From NCBI GenBank assembly GCA_964489445.1, contig CAZAYU010000001.1:442480-506479 (forward strand): DNA of 64,000 bases, given 5' to 3'. This DNA comes from an uncultured Planctomycetia bacterium (lineage in GTDB: Bacteria; Omnitrophota; Gorgyraeia; Duberdicusellales; 4484-171). This document shows positions 56,498-64,000 of the stretch, one piece after another. Numbering within the stretch: position 1 is the stretch's first letter; each line of letters starts with the position of its first letter. The position numbers and the translations under genes are program-made. The notes under the pieces are model-generated. The model saw only the letters and a list, made by a program, of their open reading frames with translations. It was not told where the DNA came from and made no database searches.

Positions 56498-57910
56498 TCA
56501 ACGATAATGCTTCTTTAAAGCCCCTCTTATGATACCTTTCAAATCAAAACACCAAAATGCAATAATAGCCAACCCTGTAAAAATAGCACACTTAAAACTA
56601 AAGGGCAATAAATAAATCTTAAAAGTAATCAGTCCAATAAGTACCACTAAAGAGACCCAAAAAGATATTCTCTCAAATGAAATACACCCCAATTTTATTG
56701 CATAAATTCTTCTGACTAAACGAGTACTAAAAAAATAAAGAATAATAGAAATTGCGGCTCCAACCATCCCAAAAACCCTTACAAATAAAATAGTTAACCC
56801 GCAAAATAATAACCCAGGAATTACTTCACTAAAAAAAACAATCTTATTCTTTTTTTTAGCTAAAAGATACTGCAAATAAGGAACACCAAAAAAATAAACC
56901 ATAATCAATATAAACCATAACGACACTATTGGAGCAGCCGAAATGAATTTACCATGAGTTAAAATACCAATAACTTCCGGAGAAAATAAGCATACCGCCA
57001 CACCAGCTATCCCTAAAAATCCAGTCCAATTATTAAATATTTCTTTCATTTTTATCATCTTTTGCCTATCACCAACAGAAGCAGCTTCAACGATTTCTGG
57101 TGAATAAGAATTAGAAAAAGCCTTAAACACCATTAAAAACATCCGGCGATAGTATAAAGAATGGCTATAAATACCTAAGCTAGCTAGCCCCGACCACCTC
57201 TCAATAAACAATCTCCCTAAAGAATTAGGAATAATTTCCAAAATGTTAACCGGAATCGTTGGAAGTCCTCTTTTTATTATTTCTTTTATCCATTTTATCT
57301 TAATTGAAAAGATACTATATTTACGAATATAAAATACCGAAAACAAAAACCCTCCGAAAGCTGCACCTAAATACATCAACACTAACGAAATCGTCTTAAG
57401 ATCAAACACCAATAAAGCTATTAATAAAACAGACAGCCGACTAACAATTTGAATAATTTCATACGCAGCATAAGCTTGACCTTTCTTTTGTAGAACAATA
57501 ACATAGGAAACAATTTCTCCCACTGAATTAAACCACTCAGCAATTAAGAACAACCAAAGAAATAGCAAAAACTCACCTTGATAAGAACTAACCCAAAGCG
57601 GAAGAAACCAAAAACCAGAAATACCGATAACCAGCACCCAAAATGCACGAAGCAATATCCCAAAAATAATAATCGTAGATATTAATTCTTTTCTTTCTTC
57701 TGGACTAACTTTATAATAATTTCCGGCTAACACCCAAAACACTCCGGTTGAAGAAAGGGGTACTATCAACCCAGAAAAAACAGTAATAATCCCCACAATA
57801 CCAAAATCTTCAGGATTTAAGTAATAGGTAGAGACCGGAATAATCACAAACAACCCAACAATTCCGGTTAAAACAGAAGGAGAAAGATAATAAAAAAAAT
57901 TCTTTCTCAT
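56498..57910 (-). CDS. Polysaccharide flippase (Wzx-like, MOP superfamily)
   Basis: A 470-aa protein with about 12-14 TM segments and a Wzx-like N-terminus. Confidence 0.6.
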   Translation of the reverse strand: MRKNFFYYLSPSVLTGIVGLFVIIPVSTYYLNPEDFGIVGIITVFSGLIVPLSSTGVFWVLAGNYYKVSPEERKELISTIIIFGILLRAFWVLVIGISGFWFLPLWVSSYQGEFLLFLWLFLIAEWFNSVGEIVSYVIVLQKKGQAYAAYEIIQIVSRLSVLLIALLVFDLKTISLVLMYLGAAFGGFLFSVFYIRKYSIFSIKIKWIKEIIKRGLPTIPVNILEIIPNSLGRLFIERWSGLASLGIYSHSLYYRRMFLMVFKAFSNSYSPEIVEAASVGDRQKMIKMKEIFNNWTGFLGIAGVAVCLFSPEVIGILTHGKFISAAPIVSLWFILIMVYFFGVPYLQYLLAKKKNKIVFFSEVIPGLLFCGLTILFVRVFGMVGAAISIILYFFSTRLVRRIYAIKLGCISFERISFWVSLVVLIGLITFKIYLLPFSFKCAIFTGLAIIAFWCFDLKGIIRGALKKHYR

Positions 57911-57917
57911 TATTGGC

Positions 57918-58631
57918 TTATTTTACCGCCTCAACATAAAGAGTCTCAATTTCTCGTTCGGCAAGTTCAATCTTATCAATATCAGGAATCTGGCTATCTA
58001 GTCTCTTCTTTTTTTTGACTTGGCTAAAACCGCTGATTTCTAATATATGCTTTAATGACTCAAAATCATAAAACCATTCATGTGTTCTTCCACAATCATA
58101 AGCTTTAGCCATGAATATTTCTCCGGGAGTAGCTGCTTTATCGTAAACACAAAACTTTTTAATCAAAGGATTTTCAAAGAAATTACGATTATTGTTTGCA
58201 TAATTTTCTGCATACAAACGAAGATTTGGACAGCTAATCCAAATTATTCCCCCTTGCTTCATAACCCGAAAAGCTTCTTGAAAAAAAATAATACTTTTAT
58301 TTAAATCTAAATGCTCAATAAAATGGCTCCCGGCAATAGACTGGATAGATTCTGCTGCAAACGGCCATTTTTTAATTAAATTAAAATTCAAAACTAGAAT
58401 ATCATTTATTTTTTTTACCCGGCCATACTCTTCATATTTCTCATTTTTTATATTCAACCAACCGCTTATCAAATTCTTCCCGCAACCTACATGAAGCTTG
58501 TCGACATTTAGATTAAGAATGCTTTTCGCTAAAAAATATTTATTAATACGAGTATACCGAAGCAATAGGTAAGAAAAAATAAGCCTTAGCGCCCCTTTAA
58601 ATTTAAAAAATATTTTTTCGCACTTACTCAA
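57918..58631 (-). CDS. Class I SAM-dependent methyltransferase (Methyltransf_11-like)
   Basis: Motif I is LHVGCGKN and post-motif-I is GGIIWISCPN, in a 237-aa protein. Confidence 0.6.
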   Translation of the reverse strand: MSKCEKIFFKFKGALRLIFSYLLLRYTRINKYFLAKSILNLNVDKLHVGCGKNLISGWLNIKNEKYEEYGRVKKINDILVLNFNLIKKWPFAAESIQSIAGSHFIEHLDLNKSIIFFQEAFRVMKQGGIIWISCPNLRLYAENYANNNRNFFENPLIKKFCVYDKAATPGEIFMAKAYDCGRTHEWFYDFESLKHILEISGFSQVKKKKRLDSQIPDIDKIELAEREIETLYVEAVK

Positions 58632-59879
58632 TTATTCCCCTTCCTTCTGCAAATCTGTACAAGATACAAATATAGCAACAAAAGAAATAAGCAACCAGAA
58701 TAAAATTGATAGCTTAAGCGAATAAAGCTGAGTATCAAAAAACATTTGGACACAAAATGCTGATGAAGCAGAAATTGTCCCTAACAATAAAATATCAAAT
58801 TTTTTAATTATCATTTTTATACTTCTTCCAAATACTAACCCCAGAAACCATAAAAAAGAAACAAACCCTAAAAGACCGGTTTCAGCTAAAATTTGCAGAT
58901 AACAATTGTGTGCATATAGCGGTTGTAATCCATAATCAGTTATATGATTCATAAACAATCCTAAGCCCCGTCCATTCAAAGGATAATCTTTAAACATTAA
59001 AACTGCCCCTTTCCATATCCCAAATCTTCCTCCGTCGGCTCTTTCAATCAGCTCCAATATATTTTCTCTCAAGAATGGAATACTTATTCCAGCTACTAGA
59101 CAAATTAATAAAAAAAACAAAAATCCAAATTTTATTCTTCTACCTGGAAATAAAAAAGCAAACACTATTAGCCCGATAGATAATGAAAGCAGGCCAGCCC
59201 GAGAATTTACTAAAAAAATATTAATCACCAACAATAAAAATAAAACATACACGCCAAATCTTACCCAAGATTTTTTTATTCTCAGTAGCACCGAGCAGCT
59301 TAACAAAAATATTACTGATAAGTAAGTAGAAAAATTATTGAAGTGGCTGAAACTAGCAGTTACCCCTAAAAAATCATTTGCTCCTTTTAGTTCAAAACCT
59401 CTTAAAAAATCTATTCCTACTATATATTGATAAATACCATCAACAGATACTAAAAAAGCTGAAGCTAAGAAAACATAAATTAAATATTTTACTTTTTGTT
59501 TATTTAAAAATATTTGAGCAAGATAAAAAAGAGCTACTCCCTCTCCCCACTTTGAAACCCAGGCTCTTAAACTTTTCCCTAAAAGATCACCACTGGAAAA
59601 AAAAGAAAATCCAATACATAAATAAAAAATTAATAGCGCCAAATTTACCCTATTGTTAAAAAAGGCTCTTATATCCTTGCCTGATGGTCTTTCAATGGCA
59701 AACCGGATAAGAAAGCAAAGAAGTATAAATCCAAAACAAGTTTCAATCGTTGCGCCGGATATCGGAAGAAAAAAAACCAAAACCCCAAAAAAGAAAACCG
59801 CCGCTTTATTGACTATACTTATAATTTTATCTTTCAATTTATGCACCCTTTTTTTCTCTTCGTCCTTTCCTCTCATCAT
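58632..59879 (-). CDS. O-antigen ligase / polymerase-like membrane protein (Wzy_C family)
   Basis: A 415-aa multi-TM protein with a periplasmic loop between TM segments, typical of the WaaL/Wzy family. Confidence 0.5.
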   Translation of the reverse strand: MMRGKDEEKKRVHKLKDKIISIVNKAAVFFFGVLVFFLPISGATIETCFGFILLCFLIRFAIERPSGKDIRAFFNNRVNLALLIFYLCIGFSFFSSGDLLGKSLRAWVSKWGEGVALFYLAQIFLNKQKVKYLIYVFLASAFLVSVDGIYQYIVGIDFLRGFELKGANDFLGVTASFSHFNNFSTYLSVIFLLSCSVLLRIKKSWVRFGVYVLFLLLVINIFLVNSRAGLLSLSIGLIVFAFLFPGRRIKFGFLFFLLICLVAGISIPFLRENILELIERADGGRFGIWKGAVLMFKDYPLNGRGLGLFMNHITDYGLQPLYAHNCYLQILAETGLLGFVSFLWFLGLVFGRSIKMIIKKFDILLLGTISASSAFCVQMFFDTQLYSLKLSILFWLLISFVAIFVSCTDLQKEGE

Positions 59880-60026
59880 CCTTCCTCCATTCTCCCCCTT
59901 CTAAGCCTCAACCTCATCCTTAACCTTTATTTTTCTCTTCTATTTCCATTTATTTTTCCTTGAACCTTTATCCTTTAACCTTCTTCTCCTATCGTCCTTC
60001 TTCCATTCTCCCTCGTCCATCGTTCT
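59880..60026 (-). repeat. Purine-rich leader repeat (GATGGACGAGGGAGAATGGAAGAAGGACG) upstream of the ligase/polymerase gene
   Basis: Belongs to the same repeat family as the 45.2 and 62.5 kb leaders. Confidence 0.45.
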
Positions 60027-61427
60027 TTAATACGCTCCTTTTCTCTTTAGCACCGCAGGTATTGTCCAAAGCATAATCTGTAAATCCAAGCGAAAAGACC
60101 AATTATTAATATACCATAAATCCCATTTAACCCATCTTCTAAATGTTAAATCACTTCTTCCTCTAACTTGAGAAAGTCCGGTCATTCCTGGGCGAATTGC
60201 CAAACGAGACATCTGCTCGCAAGCGTATTGACCTACTTCTCCAGAAGTAGGCGGCCGGGGCCCCACCAAACTCATATCTCCTTTTAACACGTTAAATAAC
60301 TGCGGTAGCTCATCTAGGCTCAAAACCCTCAAGTATCGACCGATTCGAGTAATTCGAGGATCTTTTTTAACCTTAAAAATAATTCCATCCTTTACTTCAT
60401 TCTTACTCAACAATCCTTTTTTTAATTCCTCGGCGTTTTTGACCATTGAACGAAATTTATAGAAATCAAATTCCTTTCCTTTTAACCCGGCACGCTTTTG
60501 AATATAAAATACACTTCCCTCTGAATCAAATTTAATTAATAACGCGATAACAATAAATAACGGAAAAAACACAATCAACAACAATAAAGAGATTAAAAAA
60601 TCAAATACTCTCTTTGCAATAAATTCGGAAGGATGGTGTTTCTTTTCTTTGTAAGAAATAAGCGGAATAAACCCTAAATAATTTATATCTAACACCGGTA
60701 ATGACTCTTCGAAGTCCTGAGGCACCACTTTTAGTCCTAAGTGCATTTTCTTCACTTCTTTAATTAACCCTGACACCGGCTGCCTTTCTTCGGAAGACAC
60801 GATAATAACTTCATCAACGAAAAACTTCTTAGCTATTTTAGTAAAATCATTTATTTTACCCAGCACTTTAAACTTATTTATTGGTTCTGTTGTTTGATCA
60901 TCTAAGAACCCCACCACTTTTAACCCTCTGAATGGATTCTTAATGATTTCTTCAAGAATAATCTTTCCCATGCTGCCTGCTCCAACAATCAACACATTGA
61001 TATTATGAAATCCCTTAGAAATCAACCGTCTTAGAACCAGTCGCTTTATAATCCGAAAACTACACAAGGTCAAACAAAGCATTAAAAAATTTCCGAAAAA
61101 TACAGACCGGGAAAAAAACTTATATTTAGAAAAGAAAATTACTGCAGCAATTAAGATTCCGGTATAAAAAACGCTAAGTACCACTTTCAATATTTCCTCA
61201 GAAATACTTAAGGAGCGATCAGTTGTGTATAAATTTTTATTCCGAAAAGAAACCCCGATAAAAAAAGCCCAAAGAATAAATATAAACAAGTAGCTAACCG
61301 GATTAGGTAAAACTCCTCCGGAAAAAAATCGATACCGAAACACAAACGGAAGATAGAAACTAACAGCCATTAAAATTAAATCCATTGTGATATATAATGG
61401 ATATATTTTGTTAAATGATTTATTCAT
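60027..61427 (-). CDS. Initiating polyprenyl-phosphate hexose-1-phosphate transferase (WbaP/PssY-like)
   Basis: N-terminal TM segments, a Rossmann domain (NVLIVGAGSMGK) and the C-terminal bacterial sugar transferase domain (DELPQLFNVLKGDMSLVGPRP). Confidence 0.85.
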   Translation of the reverse strand: MNKSFNKIYPLYITMDLILMAVSFYLPFVFRYRFFSGGVLPNPVSYLFIFILWAFFIGVSFRNKNLYTTDRSLSISEEILKVVLSVFYTGILIAAVIFFSKYKFFSRSVFFGNFLMLCLTLCSFRIIKRLVLRRLISKGFHNINVLIVGAGSMGKIILEEIIKNPFRGLKVVGFLDDQTTEPINKFKVLGKINDFTKIAKKFFVDEVIIVSSEERQPVSGLIKEVKKMHLGLKVVPQDFEESLPVLDINYLGFIPLISYKEKKHHPSEFIAKRVFDFLISLLLLIVFFPLFIVIALLIKFDSEGSVFYIQKRAGLKGKEFDFYKFRSMVKNAEELKKGLLSKNEVKDGIIFKVKKDPRITRIGRYLRVLSLDELPQLFNVLKGDMSLVGPRPPTSGEVGQYACEQMSRLAIRPGMTGLSQVRGRSDLTFRRWVKWDLWYINNWSFRLDLQIMLWTIPAVLKRKGAY

Positions 61428-61434
61428 GTAAACA

Positions 61435-62493
61435 TTAAGCCTTTATTTTTTGCTTGGTGCAGATTTCATCAACAATTTGATGGATATTATAAGCATACTC
61501 CCATTGAGGATAATCTTGTTTGAATTTATTAACGTTCGATATGTACCAGATATGGTCACCTTTACGGTTTTGTTCGGAATAATGGATATTTGCTTTTTTG
61601 CTGAATGCTGCCTCAAAGCAGATCACTGCTTCATTCATTGAAATATTAGAATACCGGCTTCCTCCGATATTATACACCTCGCCACAGCGAGGATGCTGAT
61701 AAAAATGCCAAAACGCATTTACTAAATCAAAAGAGTGGATATTATCACGTAACTGTTTCCCCTTATAGCCATAGATGTTATAAGCTCGCTCTTGCGCTAC
61801 GCACTTAGCTAAATAAGCTAAAAATCCATGGAGTTCAGCCCCTTTATGCATCGGTCCAGTCATACACCCTCCGCGAAAACTAACTGTTTTAAGATCAAAG
61901 TATTTTCCGTATTCCTGGACTAAAATATCCGCTGCCACTTTAGAAGCTCCAAATAAACTGTGTAAGCAATTGTCTATCGACATGCTTTCATCTATGCCAT
62001 TGTAAAAAGTATGCTCTTCGGGAAGCTCCCAACGAGTTTCAAGCTCAATTAACGGAAGCTGATTTGGCTTATCACCATAAACTTTATTAGTCGAAGTAAA
62101 AATAAATACTCCATCAGGCGAATATTTACGAAAATTCTCTAATAAATTCAAAGTTCCGTTAGCATTAACTTCAAAATCAGTAAACGGTTCTCTAGCCGCC
62201 CAATCATGAGAAGGCTGTGCTGCAGTATGAATAATTAAGTCAAAATTAAACTCTTTAAATATTTTTTCAATATCTGACTTATTGCGAATATCACAAGAAT
62301 AATGATTATACTTATCCTTAAATCCTTGTTTTAAACTATCAATTATTTCTTTAGTGCTGGCTTCTTGTCCAAAAAAATAAGCCCTTAAATCATTATCTAT
62401 GCCAATAACTTGAAATTCTTTATCAATGAAAAACTTTACCGCTTCTGAACCAATCAACCCCCCAGAACCGGTGACCAACACTGTTTTTTCCAT
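61435..62493 (-). CDS. NAD-dependent sugar-nucleotide epimerase/dehydratase (extended SDR)
   Basis: [13 protein letters not shown] is present, along with the YxxxK catalytic region ([11 protein letters not shown]). Confidence 0.75.
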   Translation of the reverse strand: MEKTVLVTGSGGLIGSEAVKFFIDKEFQVIGIDNDLRAYFFGQEASTKEIIDSLKQGFKDKYNHYSCDIRNKSDIEKIFKEFNFDLIIHTAAQPSHDWAAREPFTDFEVNANGTLNLLENFRKYSPDGVFIFTSTNKVYGDKPNQLPLIELETRWELPEEHTFYNGIDESMSIDNCLHSLFGASKVAADILVQEYGKYFDLKTVSFRGGCMTGPMHKGAELHGFLAYLAKCVAQERAYNIYGYKGKQLRDNIHSFDLVNAFWHFYQHPRCGEVYNIGGSRYSNISMNEAVICFEAAFSKKANIHYSEQNRKGDHIWYISNVNKFKQDYPQWEYAYNIHQIVDEICTKQKIKA

Positions 62494-62620
62494 TTTATTC
62501 CCTTTAACCTTTATCCCTCATCCTTCTCCCTTCATCTTTCATCTATCATCCCTCGTCCATCATCTTTCTTCCTTCGTCTTTCTCCCGCCTTTTCCCTTTT
62601 TCTACTTCACCCAACCTTAA
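62494..62620 (-). repeat. Purine-rich leader repeat (GATGATGGACGAGGGATGATAGATGAAAGATGAAGGGAGAAGGATGAGGG) upstream of the epimerase gene
   Basis: Belongs to the same repeat family, and the minus-sense strand carries several ARGGATG motifs. Confidence 0.45.
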
Positions 62621-62663
62621 CCAATATAACGGTTAGAATAAATACTATTTATTGCTCGTTAGC

Positions 62664-63437
62664 TTAAAATTTAGTTTTAACGTAGTCTTCGAAAAGTAAT
62701 ATTTTCTTTGAATCGTTCGGTTTAACAATAAAAGGCAAAAGATCTTTAGATAGCTGTTCAAAATTAAGACCCCTGCACTTATCTAATAATTTTTGTTTAA
62801 GGTCGAAAGAATCATTTATGTTAATTTTCTGTTTCAAATATTCCATATCCGGCAATGTCTTTGCGTGCAAAAAAACTATATCAAAAAAATCTCTTCCCAT
62901 CGGACGCTTCCGAGTAAAAACAGCAAGTATCTTTTGAGAAAGCAACAAATCACCAGGAACACAAAGAATACGAGTAAAAACTTCAAACTTATTTATCAAT
63001 ATTTTCTCCGGATTATATTTATAATCCTGTGGCTCTGCGTCCAATTGAATAACTAATTTAGCATCTTTGTGTCCTGTAATGCCTGCCTGTTTAAGAATAT
63101 CCGAAAATTTAAAATGGCATACATAAGCCCCTTTAAATGTTGTTTTTATTTCAAGCTTATACCCTTCAAGCTCAAGCCTTTTTTTTATTACTCCTGCAAG
63201 TTCAAGAAAATCATCTTTAGACATTGCTAAATTATCAAAATCCAAGTCTTCAGAAAATCTGGTATTACCATGAACGATCTTAATCGCAGTACCGCCCATA
63301 AAAATTAGCTTATCAAGATACTTTGAATCATAAATAATTTCTAATATTTTATACTGTAGGTACTCCCGTAGAATATTTTTTTTGAACGATTTAAGATTAT
63401 CGGGATAAAATTCGCTAAGCTGTTCGATATTAATCAT
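62664..63437 (-). CDS. AbiEii/AbiGii-family nucleotidyltransferase toxin of a type IV TA system
   Basis: LIFMGGTAIKIVHGNTRFSEDLDFD matches the AbiEii/DUF1814 signature (GGTAL...RFSEDLDF). Confidence 0.75.
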   Translation of the reverse strand: MINIEQLSEFYPDNLKSFKKNILREYLQYKILEIIYDSKYLDKLIFMGGTAIKIVHGNTRFSEDLDFDNLAMSKDDFLELAGVIKKRLELEGYKLEIKTTFKGAYVCHFKFSDILKQAGITGHKDAKLVIQLDAEPQDYKYNPEKILINKFEVFTRILCVPGDLLLSQKILAVFTRKRPMGRDFFDIVFLHAKTLPDMEYLKQKININDSFDLKQKLLDKCRGLNFEQLSKDLLPFIVKPNDSKKILLFEDYVKTKF

Positions 63438-64000
63438 TTTTTAAATATTTTATTAGCTTGTCCATTCTGGCTGATAATCTTTTTTGCCCAAACCTTTTAA
63501 GATAACTACTCATCTTTTGTTTATCTATGTTTTCCCAGAATATTTCTCTGTTAAGCCGTAGCTCTAAAAAGTCTTTTTTTGTCTCATAACGAGGATTTAA
63601 ATATAAAAAATCGAGTATCGCTTTTTCAAAATCAGCTATCTTATAGATACCTTTATTATCCTTAACTATCTTATACCCAAAAAATAACTCCGGCTTAACC
63701 GCCTGATAATAAAACCGGCCTATTTTAGTGCTAAACTGATATTTTCGCTTTGTAGAAATAGATGTAACAGCGTAAACACTCTCAGGAATTAGATTATAAT
63801 GGGATAGGGCCATTTCAAGAGATACATATGAAGGTGTATATATGCGATTAGCAATACAATAAAGAATGCTGTCATTAATTTTAGTACCCTTAAAGACATA
63901 GTATCCTTTAACTATTTTTTGAATATATCCATTATCCTGCCATTCATTCAACCTTCTTCGGTAAAAATTAGCATCAAGCTGTTTAATATCCGAAAGAGAA
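63430..64000 (-). CDS. AbiEi-family antitoxin / transcriptional regulator, partial with its N-terminus beyond the window
   Basis: The reading frame stays open to the window edge. RRRLNEWQDNGYIQKIVKGYYVF matches the AbiEi N-terminal wHTH motif (L..L...G.L.R..RG.Y). It overlaps the AbiEii gene by 8 nt. Confidence 0.6.
   Translation of the reverse strand, partial: SLSDIKQLDANFYRRRLNEWQDNGYIQKIVKGYYVFKGTKINDSILYCIANRIYTPSYVSLEMALSHYNLIPESVYAVTSISTKRKYQFSTKIGRFYYQAVKPELFFGYKIVKDNKGIYKIADFEKAILDFLYLNPRYETKKDFLELRLNREIFWENIDKQKMSSYLKRFGQKRLSARMDKLIKYLKND

Overview
This is an AT-rich bacterial window of roughly 60 genes, probably from an uncultivated diderm lineage, with almost every gene on the minus strand apart from a UvrD-like helicase and cinA-thpR. 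From left to right it holds:

- Phospholipid synthesis: pssA, a GT-C glycosyltransferase and an initiator tRNA-fMet with its terminator.
- Central metabolism and division: eno-ftsB.
- A 12-gene amino-acid supercluster, argCJBDFGH followed by lysA-dapF-dapA-dapB-dapL (the LL-DAP aminotransferase route).
- Housekeeping genes: a DUF192/thioesterase operon, rluA, an NTE-like cNMP-binding patatin phospholipase and a GH1 beta-glucosidase.
- An ECF sigma / anti-sigma / secreted-repeat-protein operon.
- cinA-thpR, pgpA-pgsA, rimO, a RodZ-like gene, ftsK, pnp, rpsO and a CoA-transferase.
- xseA and xseB, split by an inserted RhuM/Doc(Fic)-type gene flanked by 40-nt direct repeats.
- A ~22 kb surface-polysaccharide locus (41.4-62.5 kb) with polyprenyl-phosphate sugar glycosylation genes, a heptosyltransferase, a GT4+GT26 fusion, neuB/neuC/neuA sialic-acid genes, three methyltransferases, Wzx, an O-antigen-ligase-like protein and a WbaP-like initiating transferase, ending in an AbiEi/AbiEii toxin-antitoxin pair cut by the window edge.

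The most interesting features are the repeat-flanked RhuM/Doc cassette inside the xseA-xseB pair, a family of purine-rich 'GATGGACGAGGGA' repeats in gene leaders, a methyltransferase-decorated sialic acid locus with a GT4 N-terminal remnant, and a divergent carbamoyl-phosphate motif in ArgF. No CRISPR array or rRNA was seen.
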